From positions 2,542,001 to 2,606,000 of the forward strand of contig OZ234494.1 of the NCBI GenBank assembly GCA_965153455.1: a DNA stretch of 64,000 nucleotides, in the 5' to 3' direction. This document shows, in pieces, positions 30,929-43,100 of this stretch. This DNA is from Sphagnum compactum (lineage: Eukaryota). Every line of letters starts with the position of its first letter. Position 1 is the stretch's first letter. The notes beneath the pieces were generated by a model, which was not told where the DNA came from, made no database searches, and was given only the letters and a program-made list of their open reading frames with translations. A program made the translations under genes and the position numbers.

Positions 30929-31873
30929 TTAGTGGAACTGGAAATCGTTGCTTGTAGCGTGCACCTTGGAATCTGTTTTTTGTGAATTGGTTCGACTAGT
31001 GTGGGAATAGTATTGGTGGGTGGTTGTGGCGTAATGCTGGGACGTTGAACTCATGTGACCATCGAGGTGCTTGCAGGAGGAGTTGCTCCTTTGCAGCTGC
31101 TCCTCCAAGAGCTTAACTATCAACTCGTCGGAGTCAGACGTCTCCACCGCGCGGTGGTAACTATGAATATTATGGCCCAGGAATTCATGGCTGTTGGTTG
31201 GAAAAGTCGCTAGGCCGGGGCTGCTGCTGAAGGCTGCGGAATTTGCAACACCGTTCATCATGTTCACATAAGCTTCTGGCAATTTCGCAAGCGCCCTCAG
31301 TGGATTCATGGACTGCATCGTCCACTGCCATCGTCGATGTCGATGAGCCGGTTTTCGTGACCACCGCGGCCTACTACTAGGGTTGTTGTTGCGGCCGCGT
31401 CGAGCAATTTTCTTCTTGTGCGCCGCCCTCCGAAGTCCGCTTACTTTGACAGGCTTTCTCGTACCCATATGTATGGATCCACCCATTCTTGGCCGCCAAC
31501 TGCACCACTTGAGGAGCTTCTCACGGACGATCGCGAACAAGTTTCTTCTAGCTGCTGCTGCTGCTGCACTCGTACTGCTACGTCTGACATCAATATTCTT
31601 CTCCTTCTCATCAGTGTCGTAGCTGTAGGTCTTTCTTCCCTCGACTCCGCCTGCATCGACTCCATTATTATGCGTGCTCTCGTGATCACTCTTCCGGGAG
31701 GACCGTTTTGTCGCCGCTAAGCTGCAGATCGGATCATCGATCTTGCTGCCACAAAACGGTGGGGGGACGTATTCCTCCCAGACCGGTGAAAGCAGATGCA
31801 TTGAGCTAGCACGCAGCGAGCCCGAGGTATGACGTGCAGGCACACTAGTATAATTGCTCATAGCTAGTGTCAT
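30929..31873 (-). CDS. Uncharacterised plant protein (basic region followed by an NPLRALAKLPEAYVNMM motif), intronless CDS
   Basis: Uninterrupted GC-rich ORF of about 314 aa from the first ATG (31873), set in AT-rich DNA. The motif resembles the 'P..LL..LRDAYV.MM' signature I recall from a family of uncharacterised land-plant proteins (not searched). A possible acceptor TTTGGCAG at ~31915 suggests a 5' UTR intron. Confidence 0.75.
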   Translation of the reverse strand: MTLAMSNYTSVPARHTSGSLRASSMHLLSPVWEEYVPPPFCGSKIDDPICSLAATKRSSRKSDHESTHNNGVDAGGVEGRKTYSYDTDEKEKNIDVRRSSTSAAAAAARRNLFAIVREKLLKWCSWRPRMGGSIHMGTRKPVKVSGLRRAAHKKKIARRGRNNNPSSRPRWSRKPAHRHRRWQWTMQSMNPLRALAKLPEAYVNMMNGVANSAAFSSSPGLATFPTNSHEFLGHNIHSYHRAVETSDSDELIVKLLEEQLQRSNSSCKHLDGHMSSTSQHYATTTHQYYSHTSRTNSQKTDSKVHATSNDFQFH

Positions 31874-32519
31874 GGGTCCACCGTACCCTGGACTCGGATC
31901 AATAATTCCTCCAGCTGCCAAACACTAGACAAATGCTTTTGCAACAAGATCAACAGCAAACTAACCTGTCACAATTAGATCTAACGCGGTCATGAAGTAC
32001 TTGAGAGCTCTAACAGTTACAGGTTTCAAGCACCCACTAGTACTGATCGCTCTCGATCGGCGGCTTCTTCACTTGCAGGATCTAGTAGCTGGACTAGCTG
32101 ATTCATCAAAGAACAAACAGCTGATGATCTTCATGAATTCACTAAACTTATGATCTACACATGAGAGGAAAAACTTCGAAACCTACAATCTTATAAGATT
32201 ATTCTCGACATGAATATAAATTTCCCAAACTAATTAGTATTGATCCCACTCTCAGCCTAATTCTTGATAGACATCGAGAATGTGCAGGGATCTAAAGCCG
32301 GAGACTAGAAACTGGCCACCAGCAGCAGCTTTAGCAGCAGCTAACACAGGGAGTACACACACCCACACACACACTCGACATACGACCAGTTCTTCCTCCT
32401 CAAGGGAGATCAGTATTGCAACTACGTCACTGTGTTTGAACTGCTGGTTTGAACTTGCCACATGATACAAGGGGCAAAAGCCATAGCGTGTTTCTGTGAG
32501 CTCTGGCCTACGACAATAA

Positions 32520-32926
32520 AAGCAGCTCCACTGGTGCTCAGTATGTGACCCTGCACAGAAAAAAAAGGGATGAAGAAACGTCAAAATAATATGCCGGTTT
32601 GGCTTAGCAAAATGGTTTTGGCTCAGCATTTTTTCACTGTTTGCTGAGGTTCGTAAAAAAGGGCACAGGAACTCCCAATAAATATTTATGATCCAATTGC
32701 TATGAAGAGTGTCATAAATATGATCTGACTGACTGATTCTCCTTGTTTCTGATTACCCAACTAGAGTGATTGGTCCAGGTGGTTTGCTATTAGTTGTCTC
32801 GCACCTATTTGCAGTCCCAGTTTTCAATTTATAGGTGGGTTTGGGGGGCAAAAAAGAAACAAGCCTAATCTTGGATGTGAGAAATATTTTTGCAAGGTCA
32901 CATATTGAGCACCGATGGAGCTGTTC
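32520..32926 (-). mobile_element. PIF/Harbinger (Tourist-like) MITE
   Basis: TIRs AAGCAGCTCCACTGGTGCTCA and TGAGCACCGATGGAGCTGTTC, with TAA at 32517-32519 and 32927-32929. The interior is the reverse complement of part of the element at 48211-48924. Confidence 0.8.
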
Positions 32927-34479
32927 TAAAGGGGAGAGACTATGGAAGTACCTAATGGAACAAAAATAATTATTGTAGTTTTCATTTGCTCTTACATTTG
33001 GAGGAATGTTGAACACCAAGTGTTAACTTACAGCCTTCTTTTTTCAGTGACAAAATTTTGCCAAAAAGTGAATTTAAAATTTATTTCAAATATTAAGTAA
33101 AATTTTGGAGGTTGTTTTTTCAAACGCAGATGTGAGGGGGGGGGAAAATCCCCAGATTTTTATATGATTTGGTTTGTAAATTGTCAGTGTCTAGCCCAAA
33201 ATATAGAAAGATGTTTTAAAGATTTGTGCTTCATATTTGGTTTTATAGCCAGATTTGGCTTAATCTTCCCAGGGATGATGACCATTTTGTTTTACATCTT
33301 CCTATGGATGATAGCCACTTTGGCTACAAACAAAAAAATTCGTCAAAAAACACTACACCTTCCACCATGTGTAAAGTATGGTGGGCGAAATTTAGTACCT
33401 TTTTTTTTGGGCTAAATTTATAGAGCTTTTGGTCCTATTTTGACTATTGTAGGTTTGAACTTGGAATATAAGTTATAATATAAGGCAGGACAAAGCCAGA
33501 GGTGCTTGTTTTCCACATGTAGGTATCATGCAAAACAACATTCAAAAAAATGCTTTCACACCAACCACGGCTATAATATATTGTTTCAGTCAATCAAATT
33601 AGCACGCCAAAGTTGAGCTCTGACCCAAAATATGCAGAGTAAGCAGAGGAGGAGATTCCAGTAACAAGAGATTGGGGGGGGACCTTGACAAAAGGCAGTC
33701 AATAATCAAGGGGAGTTTGGGGGTAGGGAGGTGAGGTTAGGTTTCCATCCTCATGATCTTGACCAGCCTTTGATCTCGACGCTTCCCTCTTGACTAGCCT
33801 TCTCTTAAGTAGCCTAAACAAAAGGTACTGGATGGATGATCAGTGGACAGGAAACAATTTTTCATTGGGTCTTAGTTTTCTTAACCATGATCATGGTTTG
33901 GTCAGTTGCTTTTTTACTAACTACCTACTAAAAACCAGTGTTTTCTTAGGAATTTCTTTTGCAGCCTAAGTGGCGATCATTTTATAGGAAGATTTTTATT
34001 TTATTTAAAAAAAAGGTGGTGATCATACCTCAGATGGTTTAGTTAAATCTGGCTATGAATCAAATGTGAAGATTTTTTGTTTATCCTTCTGAATTTATGG
34101 CTATTTATTGGAACAAAATATAAGAATCTGGCAATTTATTATTATTTTTACCCCCCTGATTGCAAAGATTGAAACCTCAGAAAAATGTCATTTTTGAATT
34201 TTTCATTTAAAATTTTCACCAGTGAAAAGAACACTATTAGTAACAACCCACTACCGACTAACTCCTTAGGCACAATTACTAACCATCTACATCCATTTAC
34301 TCAATTAGTAGTCACTTATTCTTTTACCTACCTACCTATTTGCTTGACCTACTTTTTGAAGGATAAGTTACAAAGATGAAACTCTTTGTCAACTCGGATC
34401 ATCCACAACTGTGTCATAACAGGCTTCCAATGGATGGTGTGTTGGTTGACATCTATAGTTCAACTCTATTGTAAATAAA

Positions 34480-37400
34480 TAAATAAAGGAAAAACACCCG
34501 TCAAGGGAACAAGAGAAGAAAAAAGAAAGGACCAAAGTCCAAACACAAAACCACATCCCAAAGTGCAAAACACACAATGGGGAGCCCTAAGAGGAGAAAA
34601 CACAAAACATAGGACTTAAACCCATCACAAGTAGCATGAAGCAAGTCATGCAAGGAGATGGGTGAAAAGCTTGGAAGGACACCAAGCTTAGAAAAGGCCT
34701 TTCTTGCTGCCACAGTTACCTAACTCAAGATAGTGGTGGCTTGAATTCTCTAAAGACCCATTGACACCTTTTGTCTATAAAATGAAAATATAAGCGTAAG
34801 AGGAGAACCTATAGAACCCTTTGTTAACCATGCCATGTTGGCACATCAATGAAGGAAGTCATCCACTTGTTAGCATAAACATCCAAATATATCTGCTACT
34901 AGAGGGATCAATCAAACTTAGAGTGTCAGTTATGATATGAAACAATCTATCCCTTAGTTACAATCATCATAGCCACTACTCGAGAAAAAACGGCTCACAA
35001 AACAAAATCCGCATGAATTGGGTCAACAATGACTACATTTAACAAAGTGCAAGTACCATTTGCTATAAGCAAAATATCCACTCGTTGCCGTCACCACTAG
35101 AAAGATGGTGTTAAGAGAACATGTGTTTGCTTATGCAAAACATGAAACCCGACATCCCTAAAAATGAGGTGAAAGAATCTCAAATTGCATCATGTGCGAC
35201 CGTGCGTTCTCCCCCATGAACACAATGAAAAAAATATATCCTTGTCAAATTTATGGTTTAGCCACATATGCATCAAGAAAGACCACGAGATGTGGGATGG
35301 GGGAGGCCCAATTTAATGCATAGTGTTGAGGAAAAAATGTTAGAAACCATCCTAAAAGATGGGATGACTAGGCAGGGAAAAGGTCAAGCACTCGAGCTTG
35401 GGCTTGCACAAGATTTCAGCCGAATGTGATGACAATCTAAAGACAATTTTGAGATGATGCTGGAAAATGAATGTTCATGCACGTTCTTTGAAATGTTCTC
35501 TTGCAAACAATACTCCTTTTTCTAATAGCTCCTCAAATGGTGGGATGGAAGCTTGAACAACTGGAGGTAGGTCACAAGCCCACCTAAGGTGAGCCTGAAA
35601 TGGAAATGAATCTAAATTGTTTGCCCCTACAAACCCCCAATAAAATGGGCAATTGTCTTGCAAAAATCTAAATGCGATGATTGGGGCAACAAGCCCCCAA
35701 CTCCCCAAGTATGCTACAAGGGTGATAACCTTTGTAGAAATAAGACCTATCCCACTTTTAGAAATGGGGAAAGTTGAAGCCCATTGATGAGCTAAAGGAG
35801 CTTCCAAACATTTCAAAGAACCTAGCCTTAAAAGTTTCCCAAATACGCGAATGAGGGCGTGCAATCACAATCCAACGAGCCCAAAAGGGTATTGGATTGC
35901 AAAGAAAAACAATCAAAATTGGATAGATATTTATGTTTTGCCATTCAAAGGCATGGCATGGAAAATTATTTCTTTTTCATTGATATGAATGTTAAGGAAT
36001 TCAAACCAAAAATCCATTTGATGAAGTTTTAAGTTTAAACTTTGATTTAGAACCTCTAAAATGAACACCTATGCATAAGACAAGAATAAACTTTGCAAAG
36101 GTCTATCAAAAGGATTCATATAATAAAACACATTTGATGGGAAAAAAATAAAGAGGATATAGACCTATTATCCACATTAAAAAAACATTCATACCCTAAA
36201 ATATGTGGAATTCAAAAACTTTAAGAATTCAAAGAACTTTCCAAAATTGATCAAAATTTTTAGAATTTCAAGAGTCCTTTGCACGTAAATGGGGTAAAAT
36301 GTGTGATGTGTTAAGAAAAGTTGTAGTTTATTATACAAGAAAACATAAAAAATGTAAAAACAAAAATGGTTGTGATTTGAAATTATTATCATTTTAAAAG
36401 ATAAAACACTGAATTTATAAGAAATCATGACATTTCAAAAATTCATATTTATTCAAAAATAATGAAGAAAAAAACACGTAATGTACTTGGACAACTATAA
36501 ACATTTATTATAACAAGTTGTAAAAATAATTGTTTTAGAATTCATTCATAAAAAAGGTTTTTGTGGGAAAAAAACCATATAGTCCTTTTCTAAAATAATC
36601 ATGTCGACTCATTGTATTTTGTTTGCACCTAAAGGTTGAATCAAAGGAGGTTAATTAGCATAAAAAATTCGAGAGTGGGGGGAAATAACAAAGAAGGTAA
36701 TAAGGCCTTTATGTAAAACAAACAAGTGAGAATTTCAAATGCCACCTACACATTGCCCAACCTAGGAAATGCATCTATGTGTTGAACATCATCATCCAAA
36801 ACATTTTGGAGAAAGAATAAATGAACGGAAAAGACTCCAAAGGAACCCAAAACCCTAATGCCTTTAATAGGGGTACATGAACCTGATGGAAGCGAGGACC
36901 CTAAAGGCAACCTCAAACGAAACCAAGCAACACACTTGCAAGTTTGAAGCACAAGGCCTACCAAATCTAATTAGGAAGAAAAATGATGAAAAGTCGAAAA
37001 GAAAATTTTAGCAAGCCTAATAATGTGGGTGTCATCTATAACATAAGGAAATAAACAAGATGGGGAAAGGGCTACCAAACTACAAAAATGTGTAAAAATG
37101 AACTAGGGTGAAAAGAGGACCACCCAAAAGATGGGTGAAAACACATTAAAGGTGAGCCACTTTTTGCCAAAAAAGGTGATGTATAATGAATATTATAGTA
37201 CGTAATAAGTTAAAATCTTGATGGTATCTTTTAGCTATCCTAAACACAAACAAAAAACTTAAAAATTTGCATGACAACATTTTGGGACTCAAAGTTCACT
37301 TTGAGTCCAAATTAATCTTGATCCAACGGTTAAATAAAAAAGATTGGATAAAATTAATATACATATAATATATAATTTACAGTTTTTCAATGGCCATAGG

Positions 37401-39300
37401 GCTTTATGTTTGTGGTTCATGAAACATTACCAAACAAAAGAAAATTGAAAAAATAATGCAATGCCCATGTATAAAATCTCCTCCTTTTTGATATGGTAGT
37501 GGTTTTTCTTAAAAAGAAGATATTATTATGCATTTATTATTCAGAAATGCAAAAAACACACTTTTTTTAATGATATTTTCATCCAAAACTTTTAATTTTC
37601 AAATGGTCTTAGATTTAATTCATGTATATCAATATCATACACCATTAAAAAATTCACCCAATAATTCCATTCACAACCCTAATTTTGAAATATATATGCA
37701 ATTTTTTCAACTTCTTTGACATGTATTATTTTGTCACAAATATATTCCATACATTCAAGTTTTTCATTGTTTATTGGAGTTTTAAAATAATATGATTAGA
37801 TTAAGTTTTAAGTTAATCAAATATACTTAAAACAAACAAAAATAATCCAAGATGTGATGTGCATACATTATCAAAAAAAATAATTACAAAAAGATTATAC
37901 TTGTGACTACAAATTTTGCAGGGTTTAGTATGCTTGTGCGCAAATCACCTTGACAAATATTAATGGAGAATTAAATTACAGATATATTACCTTGAAGAAA
38001 GTCATGATTTAAAAAAAAAGGAATTAAGGAACATAAAAGGAACAAACAAAAGGTATGAGTTGAGACAACTACCCACCTACAACACACAACTCTTGAAATA
38101 TATATAACAGAAATAATGTTGAAAGCATTTGCAATGTCTACCTACAACACCACCCAATTTGGGTGAACATCTAAAATTGCACAAATACCATGCATCACTA
38201 CCTCATAGCCTCCCTTGATTACGACCCCAAACTAATGGGGAGATAAGGGAATGACAAATGCATCATGAAATTGGTGACAAAAGGTCCTATTCACCATTCG
38301 ATAAAAAGTTTCACCTATTATTATTGGCTGAATGCCACCACAAAGCTTGACCAAAGCTAATAGCTTAACAACACCAAGGGCCTTAATTATATTCTCGGGG
38401 ATACACCCTGCAACAACATAAGAACACACCAAGAATAACTAGGAAAAACTGTTAGTTGAATCCTTTAAGTCAAATAAATCTTGAAGGTGCTCAAATACCA
38501 TGCATGAAGGCATTCTAGTTCAAAGGTGGGTTGAATGGAAGAATGTCGACCTAAACATGTTTAAAAAAGAATCCAAGTCTGTTTTTTGTTTAAACTCCAT
38601 CAAAGAATCTAAACATGGCATGGACGAATTTGAAGGATGAAGAGCTTGCAAAGTAGTAATGGTCTTTAAAAAGGCCGAAATTAGCACCAAGGGGGTGATG
38701 GCCTTTGCAACATGAACATACGCCCTAGGGCTAGATTTTGACGAAAACAATTGGGCCCCAAGTGGGAAGAGAGGGATGAAGGCTCCAAGGGAAGGGCACT
38801 ATTTGAACAAGGGGGGACCAAAGGTAAAGTAGCCGTTAGGGCTTATGCACACAACAAATGTTCCACCTAAAGCTCCTTCTAATTCCTAGTAAGGAACCTT
38901 CATAACTGAATCCTAGTCTCCTTATGCTAAGCCTTCCCTTCTTGAGAAGGCAAAATAAGGCACCACTAAGGGAAACTTTTTTTAAAATGCCAGGTAGTGA
39001 CATTGTTTAGGTCTTTCACTATGCAGTCCAAAGGAAATTTAAATGTTAATTGCACCTCTTGCCTCAAAGCAACTAGGATGTGAAAATATAATTGATGCCT
39101 AAGGAACCCCAACAAAAAAGTTCTAAAGGGATCTAGACTCAATATCCATGCCCAAGCTACTAGAAGGGGGCATGGGGCCTAAAGGGATGGGGTACCACTT
39201 TTGCCCCCCCAAAGAGCTAGCTTATAAAAGCTGACACCACCTTTGATGGTATGCTAAACCAAGGTACGTAAATGAAGCCCCACAACTAGAACATAGGGGT
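34480..39300 (-). mobile_element. Degenerate non-LTR retrotransposon with RT and restriction-like endonuclease (CRE-like clade), interrupted by two insertions
   Basis: Motifs occur in the expected order on -: GGIQPIIIGETFY (~38320), VDIANAFN (~38125), GGPLF and FPYVIDDTHI (~37120-37020), GIRVLG (~36860), SKSGIGL (~35750), zinc knuckle CICG..HC..AHDAI (~35270-35185), RLE-like RVDILL..NVVIVDP (~35085-35020) and a C-terminal tail at ~34780-34640. AT-rich inserts lie at ~35860-36630 and ~37190-37990. Confidence 0.8.
35860..36630 (+). mobile_element. MITE-like insertion inside the retroelement
   Basis: The retroelement frame breaks at ..SFDST| and resumes at |IRVFGKLL. The insert has ends GGGCGTGCAATCACAATC and TTTGCACCTA and is homologous to 25167-26530. 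Confidence 0.65.
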
Positions 39301-39778
39301 ATCGCATTGAAGGGGGCTCAACTCATACTCTCAACATGCACTGAAAGTATGATTGATTTATAAATTTGAGACACCTTAACAGATGAGTTGGGATCAAAGT
39401 AAAAGTCATAATAACACAAGGGAAAAAGGGAGGGGCCAAAACTACAAAATGATGCCCCTGTGGAAGGGCAATAGGCTAAGGGGGCCTCTGCTGAGGGCAT
39501 GGGTGGAGGAAAGAGCTAAGGGACACATCTCCTATTGGAGGAGGAGCCTCCACAAAATAAACTAGCACCCACACGACTCAAATTGAAACATCACACAAGG
39601 CTTATCACACAAGGGTAAAACAACTAAAAGGAAACTAAAATTGAACCCCTTATTTCGTGCCCATGAACAACCTCCAAACTGCAAGTCTCCAACACCATTT
39701 AAATATGTGATTGGTCAAATGACAATGTTCTATGATGAATGCCGATGCTTTTAAAAGCTTTACTAATGCGTTTGCTAA

Positions 39779-39910
39779 CATTCCTCAATGTTCCATTGAT
39801 GTTCCTAACTACTCCATCAACGCACCTAACTATTGCATTGAGGTTCTTCCATATTCCATCGACATTCCTCCATGTTCCATCAACACTCCTCCATGTTCTA
39901 TCAACAATCC
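39779..39910. repeat. Degenerate 21-bp tandem repeat, about 6 copies
   Basis: Consensus close to ttcctccatgttccatcaaca; on - it translates as heptads VDRTWRS/VDGTWRN/VDGIWKN/LNAIVRC/VDGVVRN/INGTLRN. Confidence 0.7.
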
Positions 39911-40118
39911 TTAAAAATCCACAAACATCTAATGACATTCCACTCCCTAGCAAGGCCTCAAAAGTTACTTAAGGAGGTAGGCTCTCTCAAGACCACCTCA
40001 AAGGTACCTAACTACCTACTTGTGGAGGCCTTAGAAATATGCTTAAAGCTTGGGGGACTTGAATTCAAGTATGTTTTAGGGCTGTGGGTTTTCTTGTTTC
40101 CTTAGATTTCTACCTAGT

Positions 40119-40190
40119 CCCTAAACCCTAACCCTTGCCCTAAATTGAGACCCCTACCTTAAACCTTAATCCTACCTTAAACCCTAAACC
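40119..40190. repeat. Degenerate plant telomere-like tract (CCCTAAA variants)
   Basis: Perfect CCCTAAA at 40119, 40138 and 40182, with CCCTAA and CCTTAAA variants in between. Confidence 0.6.
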
Positions 40191-43100
40191 ATTGACGGCA
40201 TCAAAAACATTGGGCTAGAGCTGTGGGTTTTTTTGTTGCAGTTTTTTGTGATGAGAATGAGCTGTCTCTCATGGCTGGGAAATCCTAACCCTCTTATCAT
40301 CATTGTGGGAATCTCGTTGGAGGTTGGTACCAAAACGAGGAAGAACTTGTAGAGACTTGGTTGTGGCGAAGTGAAGTCGTTGCAAGAAGCGACGCTCTAA
40401 CAGTTGTAATTGCTACTGCTGTTGCTGCAACAGCTGCATGAAGAGACAAGGAGGCTGCACACCACATCTCTCGCATCTCACACCAGCATAGAGGCTTTTA
40501 GGCACTCGAGAAATCTTCAAGCTATTGGCCTCTTCCTCTTCACATTCTTCCATGCCATGGCGCTCGACTTTGCAAAGGACTCACACAGCATCACAAACTT
40601 CTTGAGAGAGCAACCAAACCTCGTGCAGTTGAATTGCATGACTGCAGGGAAACTTGAAGTGCTCGCTGCAGACGCTGGCCAGAGGTGTCGTTGCTAGTCA
40701 TGTCGCCAGCAGTGAGGCTTTGTTCCACTCAAAGAAGCTTTAACAGTTAGTCTCACATAACAGCACACATACTTGCTAGTGGTGCACCATTAAAAACTAC
40801 TTCCAAATTCTCGTAAGTTACTATAGTTATCCCTAAAGTCAGGCGATTAGGGGGCGAGAACGGCCAGTTTTGGCATAATAGGGCATCAAACGCGTAACTG
40901 GGAATGAAATTTTACAAAGTGAAAGAACTGGGATCCAAACGAGCTCTTCCACCAATTTTGGTGGTAAACTTAGTTTCATTCCCTCTTTCCTTTTTCTTGA
41001 GCGCCTCCACTGGTGCTACATATATTTTCACTGCTCCTACCTGTACAACTACTCTAATTAATCTTGAACCCTGTGCATTAAGTGCTAAGTTTCAGCATTT
41101 CATACTGAGATTTAATAAAATTTCCTTACTTTGTGGATACCACTTGAAGAGGGGATAGGGGGTGAAAGAGAGGGTGACTTCACAGATAACTTTACTATAT
41201 ATTTTAGTTATGATAATTGTTTTAAGTTTTAACTATCATTAATATCACATGTTTTTTGGATTTTTTTGGGGGGCCACGTCTAAACACTTCTCTGGGTGGA
41301 AGATATTGAGTTCAATTTTTTTCCCATCCAACTTTTCGTGAAATGATATTCCTCATTCAAAAAAGGGAGAAGGTGACTAAACAAGGATATTCTTGCCGGG
41401 GCAACTTGGCCTCACATATGTCTTCCTCAGCCTTTCAACTTCGTTGGGTTTAGATTGGATAACAAATGAAAAATATTTAATGAATGAAAAGTTAATGAAT
41501 TGAGCATCCAAAACGGATGAAGAGATGGAGAGGAAGGATGAAAATATGAGGAATTGAAGTTGCACATCCGTTCATTTCATAATCTTTCAAATGTTTTTAA
41601 ACATTGCAATTTTCCTTCTATGGTTTCCCTTACAGAAGTATGCTCTCCAACTTTTGATCCCTTCTACAACCATCCAAAATTTTGTTTCATCCAAATTGGT
41701 TAGTGATAAGAACAAAAAAAATTGTTAAATTGATATCCGAGCTCCACAAGGTATAATTAATTGCCTTTCTGAAGAAAGTGTGATGAAGAGCCTTGGGGGA
41801 ATCATGGCCATCCACAAGTTTCTCCTTCTCCCTTACAAACTTGGCTTGATGTATAGTTGCCCCAATGGCCTTGATTTCTCCTTCACTTCAAGGGACTTGT
41901 TCAAGGAAGTGAGGCTCTTAAGAAAACATCTCAACATTCAAATTTTTCCTAAAGGAAAGCCAAATACATGAAAAGAAAATTACAATTGCTTAAAAGATTT
42001 GAACCTGAGATCTTGCAATAATGTTATTCATAATTCAAATAGTTGCAAAATTTGAAGAGATGTTTTCATTTTGGGCATAAAATATAATCTACTCTCTTGG
42101 TCTCTCTTTTTTTTTTTTGATTTTCTTGAAAAATAAAACCAAATTGCAGTTTATAATGCATTACGGTGGGGTGAACAACATTTTTTTTTGGGGGTGAATT
42201 GTCATGCCACATCAAAAAAATGAAAATGAAAATGAATAAAATAAAATAAAATAAAGAACACTCAAGGTGAAACCATAATGTACTTATATGTACTTGTAAA
42301 GTAGTGAAAATTTATAATTTGGCATTATACTAAATAATGAACTTATTGTGCTTGAGAGCTTCATTCAGACTTTTGGCATGGCTGGCATGTATTTTTCAGA
42401 ATTTTCGGTAATTTAAAAAAGTAAATCGACTATTGCCTAAACAGCTTAGATACTATGGTATTTTACCATCTACCAGCCTATTTTTTACTGGAATTTTTTT
42501 TGTTGAAAGGCCAAACTAGAAATCAAAAAATTAAGAATGAATTTACTTTAGAGAGTTTCAATTGCCAATTTAGTGGAAATAAAAACATAGTAAAAATTGC
42601 CAGGCTTCTACATTCGGTTTTCAGTCAATAGCAAAAAGAAATAAATGAAAGGATGAATAAAGATTTGTACTTCAAATTTGGTTTATAGCCTGATTTGGCT
42701 AAATCTTCCTAGGGATGATTGTCACATTCGTGACATGTTTAGCCATTTTGAAGACATCACAAAAAAATATTTTGTGAAATATTTGTCAGATTTTTATCAA
42801 TGTTGGTAGGTTCATGATAAATTTGGACAAATTCAAGTTTTTGGTTAAGTTTTTGGGTATTTCAGTTGGAGGTTTAGAATTTTGGTAAAATTGGGTCTCT
42901 AATTTACATTATGAAATAACCTCTTATTGAAACTAAAATCCAAATTTGGATCAAATTGTTGTCCCTTTAAATGTACATGTTCTTTAATATGCAAGTGTGA
43001 GCTTTTGAAAAAGTGCGACAAGCAAGCCCTTGAGTTTTAACTTTCGACAATTCAACTTTCAACAAACCTTATGGGAGGGATGAATTGTGATGGTGTTGCT

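Noticed and set aside
31383..31720. Overlapping and antisense ORFs within the 330-aa ORF
   Set aside because: Shadow frames of a GC-rich coding sequence with no independent support.
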